Below, one piece after another: positions 35,550-45,613 of a DNA stretch of 51,180 nt. Origin of the DNA: an uncultured bacterium. GTDB lineage: Bacteria > B130-G9. The translations under genes and the position numbers were made by a program. How positions within the stretch are numbered: position 1 is the first letter of the stretch; every line of letters begins with the position of its first letter. Location of the stretch: NCBI GenBank assembly GCA_965372715.1, contig CBDVDH010000023.1, positions 1-51,180 on the forward strand, given 5' to 3'. The notes below the pieces were generated by a model. That model was not told the DNA's origin. It saw only the letters and a program-made list of their open reading frames with translations, and did not search any database.

Positions 35550-36476
35550 CTACTCAGGGAAAAGCTTCTCGTGGATTGTTATTAGGGCGCCGGCTGATCT
35601 TGGCCCGGGCCTGGTCGTGAGGTCGGGGTCGAGGAGATAGACCCGGCCGTTCTTGACCGCGGGGACCTCCTGCCATCTCTTCAGCTGGCGGAGCTCTTCC
35701 AACAGCGCCTTTTGGCTCCCGTGTCCTGTCACCAGGATGACGTCGGGTGCTGAGGCGACGACCGTCTCGAGGCTCAGCCTCGGGTAGCGAATCGTGTATG
35801 CGCCGACAACGTTCGCGCCGCCGGCGGTCGCCACGAGCTCCCCGATGAACGTCTGGGCGCTCGCGCTGACGATTGGCTTGACGTCCAGCGCGACCAGAAC
35901 CTTCGGCCGGCCCTTCGTTCTGGCAAGCTTGTCCGCCTTCGATTTGATATGCTTGACCACCAGCTCGATGTTTCCTACGAGCTCTTTTGCCTTGTTCTCG
36001 TTTCTGAAGAGCTTCCCGAGCCGGCTGATCGACTGTATCAGCCCTTGCATGTTGTTCGGAAACACGCAGAAGACCGCGATGCCGAGCGATCTCAATCTCC
36101 TGATATCCGTCTCGGAGTTGCCGTCCATCGTTCCCACGGCGATGTCAGGGCTCAATGAAACGATCTTCTCGACGTTCAGGGCCGCAAACCCGCCGACCTT
36201 CGGCAGCCTATTGACGGCTGGTGGGTAGTTGCTGTAGCTGCTGACGCCGACCAGCTTGCTGCCAAGCCCCATTCCGCACAATATCTCGGTGAGGTTCGGC
36301 GCAAGCGAGACGATTCGCTGGGCGTCGGCCGGAACAGTCACGAGCGCGCCAGATGCGTCCTGAAGGCGAGCTGCGGCTGCGCCCTCTGCCGAAGACGGGA
36401 CAGCAAGCAGCGCCACGATCACGCCCAACGTGACCGTCAGCTTAAAGCATCCAGGTCGCCAAAGCCAACTCCTCAT
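35550..36476 (-). CDS. Cobalamin/iron-siderophore ABC substrate-binding protein (BtuF-like)
   Basis: RIVSLAPNLTEIL..G, VGVS.YSNYP, NVEKIVSLSPD, PAVKNGRVY, RPGPR; true start ATG 36476 (the longer ORF is pdxA antisense). Confidence 0.9.
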   Translation of the reverse strand: MRSWLWRPGCFKLTVTLGVIVALLAVPSSAEGAAAARLQDASGALVTVPADAQRIVSLAPNLTEILCGMGLGSKLVGVSSYSNYPPAVNRLPKVGGFAALNVEKIVSLSPDIAVGTMDGNSETDIRRLRSLGIAVFCVFPNNMQGLIQSISRLGKLFRNENKAKELVGNIELVVKHIKSKADKLARTKGRPKVLVALDVKPIVSASAQTFIGELVATAGGANVVGAYTIRYPRLSLETVVASAPDVILVTGHGSQKALLEELRQLKRWQEVPAVKNGRVYLLDPDLTTRPGPRSAGALITIHEKLFPE

Positions 36477-36483
36477 AGTATCG

Positions 36484-36511
36484 ATGATATAGTTTGCCAA
36501 CCCGGTGTCAA
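36484..36511 (-). promoter_or_regulatory. Sigma70 promoter, probably giving a leaderless btuF-like mRNA
   Basis: TTGACA, 16 nt, TATCAT ending 7 nt before the ATG; no SD sequence. Confidence 0.6.
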
Positions 36512-36560
36512 TAACCGCCCGCGGCGGGAGAAAGCTCGTGCTTGTTTGGGCAAGGTCAAA

Positions 36561-37607
36561 ATGATAGATTCCGAGTCCGATATGAAGGAACCAATCATTG
36601 CAATTACAATGGGCGATCCTGCCGGGATTGGACCGGAGGTCATCGTCAAGGCGCACCGCGAGCTTCTTGCTTCCCAGAGCACCATCAACAAGCTCGTCGT
36701 GGGCGATTTTGCGCTTCTTCAGGCCGTCTGCGAGGCGACCGGTTGCCGGGTTAGGCTCTCGCGAATAGAGGAGGCCGATGTAGTTCAGGTCCAGCGCCTC
36801 GTCCGCGACGATCCCGAAGCGCTGTTCGTAATCGATCTTGAAAACATTGAGCAGGATGTCCTGTGCTATGGGAAGCCGGACATGTTCACGGGGAAGGTGG
36901 CGATAGATTACATTGTACGCGCGCTGAGTTTCTGCAAGGCAGGCGCGGTTTCGGCCATCGTGACTGCGCCGGTCTCGAAGAAGGCTATCTGCGATGCTGG
37001 CGTGGCGTTCACGGGCCACACGGGGGTCATTGCCAGCGCCATGGGCGTCAGGGATTATGCGATGATGTTCGTGTGCAAAAAGCTGCGGGTTTTTCTTCTG
37101 ACTACGCACGTCCCGCTCTCCCAAGTCCCTGCCCACGTTACCCAGAAGAACGTGAGGCGCCTCATCTTTCTCGCGGAAAGGACTCTTACGAAGTTCTTTG
37201 GGATAAGAAGGCCCAAGATCGCCGTCTGCGGACTGAATCCGCACGCCGGCGAGGACGGCGCCATCGGTAGGGAAGAGCTTGCGGCAATTGTCCCTGCTAT
37301 GGCCTCCGTGCGGAAGGAGGACATAGACATTCGCGGTCCATTTGCCGCTGACGCACTTTTCGTTCCGGAACGTGCAGAGCAGTTCGACGCCATAATAGCC
37401 ATGTATCACGACCAGGGCCTGATCCCTGTCAAAATGACCGATTTCAGACACGCGGTGAACGTTACGGTTGGCCTGCCAGTGGTCCGTGTCTCAGTCTCGC
37501 ACGGAACAGCGAACGACATCGCTGGCAAATGGGTCGCTGACCCGACGAGCATGGTCGAATCGCTCAAGCTCGCAGACGCAATGACGCGGACGCTCTTGGC
37601 TGGCTAA
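36561..37607 (+). CDS. pdxA: 4-hydroxythreonine-4-phosphate dehydrogenase (PdxA family)
   Basis: IAITMGDPAGIGPE, TAPVSK, GHT, TTHVPL, GLNPHAGE, AMYHDQGLIPVK, SHGTA.DIAG; start 36561 or 36582. Confidence 0.95.
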   Translation: MIDSESDMKEPIIAITMGDPAGIGPEVIVKAHRELLASQSTINKLVVGDFALLQAVCEATGCRVRLSRIEEADVVQVQRLVRDDPEALFVIDLENIEQDVLCYGKPDMFTGKVAIDYIVRALSFCKAGAVSAIVTAPVSKKAICDAGVAFTGHTGVIASAMGVRDYAMMFVCKKLRVFLLTTHVPLSQVPAHVTQKNVRRLIFLAERTLTKFFGIRRPKIAVCGLNPHAGEDGAIGREELAAIVPAMASVRKEDIDIRGPFAADALFVPERAEQFDAIIAMYHDQGLIPVKMTDFRHAVNVTVGLPVVRVSVSHGTANDIAGKWVADPTSMVESLKLADAMTRTLLAG

Positions 37608-37654
37608 CCCGAGGTGCCCTATACACGCAGGATGTGGGGAGTGATAATCCCCTT

Positions 37655-38464
37655 ATGAGTTCGTCGTTCAGGTCTTTTTTCCAGAAGAGCTGGGTGCAGG
37701 TTATAGCCCTCACCGTGTCCCTATGGGCTCTTGACCTAATGCAGCTTTCCGGAGACTTGTCAGGGGCATCGTTCCAGCTGGTCTTCGCGATGCTCGTGCC
37801 CCACATATTCAACGCAGCGCCCGCATTCGCCTCGGTATTCATCTATGTGTTGATGGCCGTGATCTCCAGCGCCTGCCAGTGGCCGATCACTGTTGGCGAG
37901 CCTCTGCCGATGATGGCGGTCCGACACTGTGCGCTGCTTCTGGCCGTCACGATTTCCCTGCTGTTCGTGAATAGAAGCCCAACGTGGCGCGCCAGAGCGC
38001 TATTCGTGGTCTATTACCTTGCGACCATCTACATCGCCGCCACCCACGTCTATGTCGCGCGAGTCGCCAATCCATATCTGGTCATCTGGCCAATTCTGCT
38101 AGTATTGCTTCCCGTTCTCATCATCTGGCGCCTCAGGCCCTTCGTGCCCAAGTTCTGGCAGATGGCGCCGGCGGTCGTGGTTTATATTCCGCTCAGATTC
38201 ATTGGCTACTGCCTGGTGACAACGTGCCAGCCCAGCGCCATCGCGGGATGGGCGATCTCGAAATGGGAACGGCTCTTTGAGCCAACTCTGTTGTTTGATG
38301 GCCTCGTCTTGCCGCTTGGACCATACGTCCTGATGGCGATGATCGCCGCCGTCGTGCTGACTTATCTTGGCGGCTGGGGCCTCCGCCGGCCCGATACCAA
38401 CGGAGGCGGGATTGTGGTCTCGGAGGTTGACGAGCAAAGCGGAGAGCACGATGATATGGCCTGA
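37655..38464 (+). CDS. Hypothetical multi-pass membrane protein
   Basis: Seven or eight hydrophobic segments, no recognised motif; start uncertain. Confidence 0.6.
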   Translation: MSSSFRSFFQKSWVQVIALTVSLWALDLMQLSGDLSGASFQLVFAMLVPHIFNAAPAFASVFIYVLMAVISSACQWPITVGEPLPMMAVRHCALLLAVTISLLFVNRSPTWRARALFVVYYLATIYIAATHVYVARVANPYLVIWPILLVLLPVLIIWRLRPFVPKFWQMAPAVVVYIPLRFIGYCLVTTCQPSAIAGWAISKWERLFEPTLLFDGLVLPLGPYVLMAMIAAVVLTYLGGWGLRRPDTNGGGIVVSEVDEQSGEHDDMA

Positions 38465-38480
38465 ATAAGGGCAGGTTGGC

Positions 38481-40889
38481 CTATTGGACCGAGGCCGGCG
38501 CCTCGGCCGCTGGCCGTACCTCAAGCATCACCACGTTTCGGGCCGGCGCGCTGAGCGTCAGCTCTGATGCGCCGCTCGACACAGCAATGCGCTCTCTTCT
38601 CGTGTGCGTTACGAGATCGACGCTGTATTTGCCCCGCAGATGGTATCGTGTGGGGTCAAACAGACACTTGATTGTCAGGTTCTTCTCAGAGATGTTTGCG
38701 AAAAAGAATCCCAGACGCACACCGGACGCCCAACCGGATGAGACAATGGCACGTGCTTTCACGACGCCGGACCGCGGGCTATCCTGCTCGGGGAAGACAT
38801 TGTAGTGGTCGTAATCCAGCAGAACCGTGGGGACCTCGGACACGATCTTGAGCGGACGGACCATACGTCCCCAGCAGAGAAACCGCCTACCAAACTCGAG
38901 CCTCGCCCGGGCCATCCGCCGCAGGAAGTCAAGATATGGTTTGTGCACCCGCTCGGGGCTCTTCTCCTCGACATATTCTGTCCAGTAATCATACGTAAGG
39001 TAATGGCTGGGTCCTTTTATGCCATCGAAGAGCTCCGTGGCGCTGAACTCATAGTTGAGCTCGAACACCGCGCCCCATAGATACACACGGGCGGCGATTA
39101 GATAGAATATGTCCCCGAAGCGGCGGCCAAGTTTCCCAAACCCGTCTAGCCTCACGGGGCCATATTCGTGATAGACGTAGTCGAACATTGGGATGCTCTC
39201 GATTGCCCCAGTCGGGTCGCCGGCCCACTCGAAGGCGCCCTGAACGCCCGCCATCGCGCGGCTCTGGCAGAAGTCGATGACGTCGATGAAGTTCTCGGTT
39301 ATCACCTCCGTTCCGATCGGCACGCGCTGCCCTCCCTTTTGAGCCGCGCACGCCTCGTGTGAGCGCTGGAGCAGCTCGCGGTAGTTCTCGATCATATAGG
39401 CCCCCTTGCCTCCGACTGGGTGCCCATGATCCGAGTTCTTGCAGGAAAGAGGCGCCGCACAGCAGACGGAGGTATCATTATAGAGAGCGTTACACGCAAA
39501 GTCCGGCGCCGAGACAAGTGTCCGGTCCCTCAGAGCATAGAAGTCCGCCCAATCAGCCGATGCGGGGCACATCCAGACCTTCTTCTTGCCACCGTCGATA
39601 AACTCATGTCCTGTGGACCCGGCCTTGAGCTTCGGAAAGTCCCGAGCAACCGTTGAAAGCCACAGATCAACTTTGAACACAGCAAACTTGCTCCCCGATT
39701 CTCTGATGGCACGCACGTTGGCGGGGTTCGACCACATCTTCTCAACGTCCTCCCAAGCCGCATCCGAGGCGCTGTTGTCGTTTGTTTCCCAATCGAAGCC
39801 AAGAATATGGAAAACCGGGACACCCATCGCGCTTTGCATAGTCTTCAACCACGCCGCCTCATCGCGGCGGCAGCTGATCCCGAACGTTGCCACGCCAATC
39901 CTTTCTTGAAGCCATCTTGCGCACTGCCTATCGGATTGCGTGCGCTTGGGCCCGTTCTGACACCACACGGGTGCGCCAGGCCCCTTCGACGTGACCCACG
40001 CGCGATAGAGCTCCGCCCCCTCATACCAATCCCCCTCGCGCGTTGCGGCGAGAACGACCGGATACCCGAACGACTCACGCGGCCCGTCCTTCCCTGGCAG
40101 CTGTTCCTCGACGTAGTGGACGAGGCGCATCTCCAGGTAGTCCGTGCCGAGCGGGCGGTAGAAGTTGAGCTCTTTTATCGTGTGTGCCGGGTCATGGCAG
40201 CCGAAGTAGAACCCGCCCTGGGTCTCATCATAGAAGGCCATGAACTGCATCGGACAGCCGTAGTATCCGTCTGGGTATTCGCTGTGAACGAACCGGGCCT
40301 GGTAGTTGTCCACCTTTTCGGGGCGCAGCGTGTTGAGCGGGTCACGCACCAGCAGCCCCGATGCGGATGGGTGGGCGAGGAAATCATCGTCGGAAGTATC
40401 CCCCAAGGCGGTCATACCGGAGAGGATGGGAAAGACCAAGGCGCGAATATCGGACCCACGCGAGGAGCGCAAAGTGGGCGTCAGGGCAATGGCGCCCGAT
40501 TTAGCGACCGAGACTTCGATCCGCACCTCGGCTTCGACCTCTGGAAATCGGAAGACCTGCGATCCGACTGCATCGTCGCTCGATAAGACGCTGAATCCGT
40601 TAGGGCCGGAGGGATTGATCACGGAGCCATCGCGCAGCACGAGAGAGCAGACTGGCTCTTTCCCTTTGTTGCTGAAGAGGTCTAGGCCAGTCAAGAGATT
40701 CGTGACCTGAAGGAAAGCGCCGGTTGCGGTATCAAACTCGATCGATAGGGCTGGGGTCTCAATCGTCAGTGTGTTGCGACCGGCCGGGGCAGCTGAATCG
40801 ATAGGAGAACGGTCGCATGAAACGATCAGTCCCGACAAATGTAATGTAAAGAGCAGAACCGCAACGGACGGTAAGCGTCTCATTCGCAT
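38481..40889 (-). CDS. Lipoprotein, DUF6259-like putative glycoside hydrolase
   Basis: Lipobox IVSC; YP....PMQFMAFY, GDWYEGA..YR.W, MCPAS..W, C....HGHP.G.G, IP.FDYVYHEY. Confidence 0.65.
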   Translation of the reverse strand: MRMRRLPSVAVLLFTLHLSGLIVSCDRSPIDSAAPAGRNTLTIETPALSIEFDTATGAFLQVTNLLTGLDLFSNKGKEPVCSLVLRDGSVINPSGPNGFSVLSSDDAVGSQVFRFPEVEAEVRIEVSVAKSGAIALTPTLRSSRGSDIRALVFPILSGMTALGDTSDDDFLAHPSASGLLVRDPLNTLRPEKVDNYQARFVHSEYPDGYYGCPMQFMAFYDETQGGFYFGCHDPAHTIKELNFYRPLGTDYLEMRLVHYVEEQLPGKDGPRESFGYPVVLAATREGDWYEGAELYRAWVTSKGPGAPVWCQNGPKRTQSDRQCARWLQERIGVATFGISCRRDEAAWLKTMQSAMGVPVFHILGFDWETNDNSASDAAWEDVEKMWSNPANVRAIRESGSKFAVFKVDLWLSTVARDFPKLKAGSTGHEFIDGGKKKVWMCPASADWADFYALRDRTLVSAPDFACNALYNDTSVCCAAPLSCKNSDHGHPVGGKGAYMIENYRELLQRSHEACAAQKGGQRVPIGTEVITENFIDVIDFCQSRAMAGVQGAFEWAGDPTGAIESIPMFDYVYHEYGPVRLDGFGKLGRRFGDIFYLIAARVYLWGAVFELNYEFSATELFDGIKGPSHYLTYDYWTEYVEEKSPERVHKPYLDFLRRMARARLEFGRRFLCWGRMVRPLKIVSEVPTVLLDYDHYNVFPEQDSPRSGVVKARAIVSSGWASGVRLGFFFANISEKNLTIKCLFDPTRYHLRGKYSVDLVTHTRRERIAVSSGASELTLSAPARNVVMLEVRPAAEAPASVQ

Positions 40890-40902
40890 GGGTGCGGGAG
40901 GT

Positions 40903-41268
40903 TTATTGGTTTCGCCAATCTTGGACCTCCTGCGTGGGCACGAGGCAGATGAACTTCAGCGCGGTTTCGCCCTTGTTCACGAAACAGTGCCACTCGTTCG
41001 ACGGGATGAGGACCGCGCAGCCCGGCCGCAGCGGGTGCTCGTTTCGCGCCTCGTCAACACAGGCGCCCTCACCCTCGACGACGAACATCTCATGTTCCCA
41101 CGGATGCTGGTGATACGGGGTCGATCCCCCAGGACCGACCTCAAAGAAGCGCATCCTGAAGTTACATGCCCCATCAGGCTCGGAGATGAGCATTCGCATC
41201 GTAACGTTTTTGGCCCCCTCAATTCCGACGACATTTGCCTCAACGTCGGTGTAGTGTATTAGCTTCAT
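40903..41268 (-). CDS. Cupin domain protein
   Basis: NFRMRFFEVGPGGSTPYHQHPWEHEMFVVEGEG..IPSNEWHCF.N; start ATG 41268 with RBS AGGAG. Confidence 0.92.
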   Translation of the reverse strand: MKLIHYTDVEANVVGIEGAKNVTMRMLISEPDGACNFRMRFFEVGPGGSTPYHQHPWEHEMFVVEGEGACVDEARNEHPLRPGCAVLIPSNEWHCFVNKGETALKFICLVPTQEVQDWRNQ

Positions 41269-41812
41269 TCGACCACTCCTTGCATACATTGGGTTCAGAC
41301 GCAACGTGAAATCCAATCGAACCTTAGCATTAAGGGCGTCTTGGCGGCAAGCCAGAATCCTGTCCCTCAACTTGCCGGGATGCCGTGCTGGCCGAGCCAG
41401 GGTTGACACCAGAGGCACTTTCCAGCACTCTTGTGATACGTTGGCGAGGTTACAAAGCTCGGATACCTGACCGCGTCGAGGCCAATTGCCGTCACGTTGG
41501 AGAAGATGAGAGGCCATTGGCAGGTCGTGTTCAGGACCGGCTCAACCTACGTCATCGCACAGAACGGCGCTGAGTCAGGTAGATTCTGACAATGGGCAAA
41601 TCTCATAGAGCGGACGCCGTCCATCAGCAGAGGTCCAGCTGCCGATGTGAGTTGTATCGATTACCTCGATTCAGTAACCTAATTGGGTAATATGCGTTCC
41701 TGTAGGGCTAGATGTTCACTCTGCGGCATGTATCCTTGGGTGAGACCGTGCTCCAGAATGAGACTCCCAACGGAAAGGTAACTTCCATGAATGATTTCAG
41801 TCTCTGCGCAGC

Positions 41813-42925
41813 ATGAACAACTCGGATAACGGAAACGGAGGGCAAACGGACGCTGCTCAAGTGCACGGACGCGCGTTTTTGCGCAGGCGGAAGCTCACTT
41901 GGGCGGTCTGGTTTTTGGCCTACGGTTTGCTGGCTGTCGTGGCCGTAGCCGTCGGCTGTGCCGTGGGTCCCGTGCCGATCTCACCTGGCAAAGTCATCAA
42001 GATCATCCTTTCGAGTTTGGGTATGGGCCACTGGCAAGACACCTGGACAGCCGCGCAGGAGATGATCATCCTGAGAATCCGTGTGCCCCGCGTCCTCACG
42101 GGCCTCGTCGTGGGCGCCTCGCTTGGCGTTGTTGGCACGGCGTTTCAGTGCGTTCTCCGCAATCCGCTCGCCGACCCGTTCATTCTGGGGGTGTCAAGCG
42201 GCGCGGCTCTCGGCGCTTCCGTCGTGATTGTTTTTGGGATTGCGATCCCCTTTCTGCCGGGCGCGAGCTTGCCGGTCATCGCGTTTTTCGGCGCGATGCT
42301 CGCCACGATATTCATTTATCGGATGGCGATTGTGCACGGCAGCATAAACCCGCACACGCTCATCCTCTGCGGCGTTATCCTCAACTCGTTTCTGTCGTCC
42401 GTCATGATGATGATCTACGCTGCCGCAAGGCCCGATAGGATTCATTCGCTGCTTCTGTGGCTGATGGGCGACCTCGAGAGCGCCGGAGAATGGTTCGTCG
42501 CGCCGCTTCTGGTGATGTTGGTTGGCACGGTCTGGGTCGCGACGTTCGCCAGGAGGATGAACGCAATGACGCTCGGGGACGAGGCGGCATTCTCGCTTGG
42601 GATTGATGTAGTGAGAACCAAGCGGGCCGTTTTCCTCATCTGCGCCGTAGTCGTCGGCTCGGCGGTCTCAGCGACCGGTGTAATCGGTTTCGTCGGCCTC
42701 GTGGCGCCTCATCTGTGCCGAACGCTCGTTACGGCTGATCACAGATTCGTGCTGCCATCGTCGGCGCTGCTGGGCGGCGCGCTCGTCGTTTACGCGGATA
42801 CGTTTGGCAGATGGGTCCTTTCGCCCGCAGAACTTCCTGTTGGCGCAGTAACAGCGCTCATAGGGGCGCCGTTCTTCATCTATATCCTTAAGAAACGAGC
42901 GAAAATCGTGTGGGCGGACCAGTGA
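41813..42925 (+). CDS. FecCD/BtuC family ABC permease
   Basis: IRVPRVL, RNPLADPFILGVSSGA, LGDEAA.SLG, GVIGFVGLVAPH, ELPVG. Confidence 0.95.
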   Translation: MNNSDNGNGGQTDAAQVHGRAFLRRRKLTWAVWFLAYGLLAVVAVAVGCAVGPVPISPGKVIKIILSSLGMGHWQDTWTAAQEMIILRIRVPRVLTGLVVGASLGVVGTAFQCVLRNPLADPFILGVSSGAALGASVVIVFGIAIPFLPGASLPVIAFFGAMLATIFIYRMAIVHGSINPHTLILCGVILNSFLSSVMMMIYAAARPDRIHSLLLWLMGDLESAGEWFVAPLLVMLVGTVWVATFARRMNAMTLGDEAAFSLGIDVVRTKRAVFLICAVVVGSAVSATGVIGFVGLVAPHLCRTLVTADHRFVLPSSALLGGALVVYADTFGRWVLSPAELPVGAVTALIGAPFFIYILKKRAKIVWADQ

Positions 42926-43800
42926 GTCCAAAGTTCAAAGTTCAAGGTTCAAAGTTCAAAGTCGAAAGTCCCACAATCCACAATCCGCAATCCGCAATCC
43001 ACAATCCACAAGACGCGGCGCTTTCGGCGCAAGACGTGCGGTTTTCATATCCAGCGTCGGGATTTGTGCTTGGGCCGGTAGGTGTTTCACTGAGGTCCGG
43101 CGAGGTGTTGGGCATTGTCGGGCCGAACGGCTCCGGTAAAACGACGCTTCTGCGGCTCTTGAGTGGCTTTTTTCGACCCGTATCCGGCTGTGTTGCCCTC
43201 GCGGGGCAAGATATGAAAGGGCTCAAGGCGCGAACAGTCGCAAAATCCGTCGCATTTGTCCCACACCAATCGGCCGCGACTTTCCCGTATCGCGCGCTGG
43301 AGATCGTGCTGATGGGACGCCTGCCGCACCTTGCGCTGTTTCGCTCGGAGAAACCGAAGGACGAGAGCATAGCCAGAAGCGCGATGCGTGCGACGGACAC
43401 CTATCATCTCGCCGACAGGTATTTCAACGAGCTGTCCGGCGGCGAAAGGCAACGCGTCATGATCGCCATGGCGCTCTCTCAACAGCCGCGGGTTCTCCTA
43501 CTTGATGAACCAACCAGCCACCTCGACATCAGCCACGTCGCCACGATCCTCGGCCTTCTTACATCACTTGCGAAGAACGAGTTGCTCGCCGTGGCTGCCG
43601 TGCTCCACGATCTCAACCTTGCCTCGGAATACTGCGATCGACTCTTGATGATGCGGTGCGGAAAGGTCGAGTCGCTCGGCGCCCCATACGAAGTTCTGTC
43701 AGTCGAGAACATCAAGCGCGTCTTCGAGGCAAACGTCACAATAGCTGAAAACCCCGCTACCGGCGCCCCCTTCGTATTCCCCATCCCGAGGCGCCCATAA
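42922..43800 (+). CDS. FecE/BtuD family ABC ATPase
   Basis: GPNGSGKTT, ELSGGERQRV, LLLDEPTSHLD, VLHDLNLA; GTGA overlap with the permease. Confidence 0.95.
   Translation: MSPKFKVQGSKFKVESPTIHNPQSAIHNPQDAALSAQDVRFSYPASGFVLGPVGVSLRSGEVLGIVGPNGSGKTTLLRLLSGFFRPVSGCVALAGQDMKGLKARTVAKSVAFVPHQSAATFPYRALEIVLMGRLPHLALFRSEKPKDESIARSAMRATDTYHLADRYFNELSGGERQRVMIAMALSQQPRVLLLDEPTSHLDISHVATILGLLTSLAKNELLAVAAVLHDLNLASEYCDRLLMMRCGKVESLGAPYEVLSVENIKRVFEANVTIAENPATGAPFVFPIPRRP
42929..43010 (+). repeat. In-frame heptamer tandem arrays (AAGTTCA)n and (CAATCC[AG])n
   Basis: CAAAGTTCAAAGTTCAAGGTTCAAAGTTCAAAGTC...CACAATCCACAATCCGCAATCCGCAATCCACAATCCAC at the ATPase 5' end. Confidence 0.85.
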
Positions 43801-44067
43801 TCGCTGCCTGGGCTGAGCCGCTCTCGCTAGCCTCTTAACACCCCCTGCGCTTAGAATCTGGGCCGTTGAATGTGTGCCAACGTTGGTCGTCAGAATACAC
43901 ATCAGCGATGCTCACTCGCGATAAGTACTGTCTTGCTGGATAGCGGTATTGCCGGACTCCCGCTCCAATGTCATTGACTTCCCGGGGTCGGCGATTATGC
44001 GTTACAGTTCTCGGGAGTTCTGCTATTCTCCCCATTTGTCAGTATTACCGCTGCGTTGGAGGCCGTC

Positions 44068-44997
44068 ATGCGTTACGTTTTCGGACCGGTTCCGTCGAGA
44101 CGACTTGGGATGTCGCTCGGCGTCGATATGGTTCCATATAAGACCTGCACGTTTGATTGTGTCTATTGCGAGTGCGGCCGGACTACCGCTCACGAAGTGA
44201 CTCGCCGTCAGCACTTCGATTCGCTTTCGCCGGTGCTCGACGAGGTCAAACGGGCCCTCAAGCGCGGCCGGCGCCTCGACTACATCACGCTTGGCGGCAG
44301 CGGCGAGCCGACGCTGAACCTTCAGTGCGGCGAGCTCATCCGGGAGATCAAGAGGATTACCGATGTCAAGGTTGCCGTGCTGACAAATGGCTCACTGCTG
44401 ACTGAGCGCGAAGTGTTCCAGGACCTTCTGCACGCGGACCTAGTTGTGCCGTCACTGGACGCCGCGAGGCAGAGTCCTTTCGAGAAAGTCAATCGTCCTG
44501 TTGCAGGCCTCTCGATAGAGAGTGTTGCTGAGGCGATGTCTGAGTTCGTCGGGGCGTTTGACGGCGACGTCTGGCTCGAGGTTCTGCTCGTGGAGGGTTT
44601 GAACGACTCGGAACAAGACCTATCCGCGCTCCTTGAGGCGGTGAGGCGTATTGACCCGCTGCTCGTGCAGATGGGGACCGTTGAGCGTCCAGGCACTGAG
44701 GATTGGGCGAGGCCAGTTGATGATAAGGTGCTTGCTGGTTTCGTGGCCAGGCTCGGGACAAGGGCAACGGTTATTGGCCGTCCGGTGAGACATTTTGGCG
44801 CGACTTCTGAAAGCGACATGTCTTCCGACATACTCGCTCTCGTCTTTCGCCGTCCCTGCACAATTGAGGACATTGAGAGCGGCGTCGGCGGGAAGCGTCC
44901 GATCATCTTGGGCAAGGTCCGCGAACTTGAGGAGGCGGGCAAAATCACGGAGTACATTCACAAAGGTGAGAGGTTTTACATCGGCGAGAGAAGCTAG
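44068..44997 (+). CDS. Radical SAM protein (COG0731-like)
   Basis: YVFGPVPSRRLGMSLGVD, CTFDCVYC, GSGEPTL, LTNGSL, PSLDA; C-terminal wHTH-like RRPCT. Confidence 0.9.
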   Translation: MRYVFGPVPSRRLGMSLGVDMVPYKTCTFDCVYCECGRTTAHEVTRRQHFDSLSPVLDEVKRALKRGRRLDYITLGGSGEPTLNLQCGELIREIKRITDVKVAVLTNGSLLTEREVFQDLLHADLVVPSLDAARQSPFEKVNRPVAGLSIESVAEAMSEFVGAFDGDVWLEVLLVEGLNDSEQDLSALLEAVRRIDPLLVQMGTVERPGTEDWARPVDDKVLAGFVARLGTRATVIGRPVRHFGATSESDMSSDILALVFRRPCTIEDIESGVGGKRPIILGKVRELEEAGKITEYIHKGERFYIGERS

Positions 44998-45067
44998 GTG
45001 ATAACGGTGTTTTGTCAAAAGGAGTCCCACCGCGGACCTCCCAAACTCATACGGCGGAGGCGATCGT

Positions 45068-45613
45068 ATGCCTGATCATTCAACTGACGACGTCAAGGGA
45101 CACAAGCGGCATATTCTTGACCCCAAATTCAAGCGGGGGATGCTAGGGCATTACGTGGCGCAGACAGCTATCGCCACGGCGTTCGTATTCGCTTTGCTCG
45201 TGATTCTATATAAGCTCGAGCAGCTCGTGATCGTGGCGGCGCTCGGGTCCTCGGCGTTCGTCGTATTTGCGATGCCCAAAAGAGAGAACTCCAGGGCTCG
45301 CTACGTTGTCGGCGGCCACTTCTTCTGTTTCTTGACTGGTACGAGCTTGAGGCTTTTAACGCACGATTGGCTGTTCGGTTACCTGGAAATGAGCCCCACC
45401 GCCGAGGACATAATCGCGTGCAGCCTGGCAGTTGGCGCGTCCCTTTTCGTCATGGTCGTTACCGACACCGAACATCCACCTGCGGCAGGGACGGCCGTAG
45501 CGACGGCCCTGGCTGACTTCTCGCCTCAGGTCGCCGTCAGCGTGATACTCGGCGCGGTTATGCTATGTGTCGGTAAACTCCTGCTCCGCCGGTGGCTGAA
45601 GGACCTGCTCTGA
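45068..45613 (+). CDS. HPP family membrane protein
   Basis: ALGSSAF.VFA.P, VGGH, TEHPPAAGTA. Confidence 0.9.
   Translation: MPDHSTDDVKGHKRHILDPKFKRGMLGHYVAQTAIATAFVFALLVILYKLEQLVIVAALGSSAFVVFAMPKRENSRARYVVGGHFFCFLTGTSLRLLTHDWLFGYLEMSPTAEDIIACSLAVGASLFVMVVTDTEHPPAAGTAVATALADFSPQVAVSVILGAVMLCVGKLLLRRWLKDLL

Noticed and set aside
36477-37451. 633-aa ORF suggesting a long N-terminal fusion to the BtuF-like protein
   Set aside because: The extension is the antisense shadow of pdxA; a promoter and signal peptide mark the real start at 36476.
41270-41812. Cobalamin riboswitch or gene in the long gap before the permease
   Set aside because: No B12-box or GGGAA/GCCACTG core recognised; only short ORFs without motifs, possibly a decayed gene.
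45563-45613. 51-nt convergent overlap of the HPP gene and lspA
   Set aside because: Most simply stop-codon drift of the lspA tail; no evidence of function.
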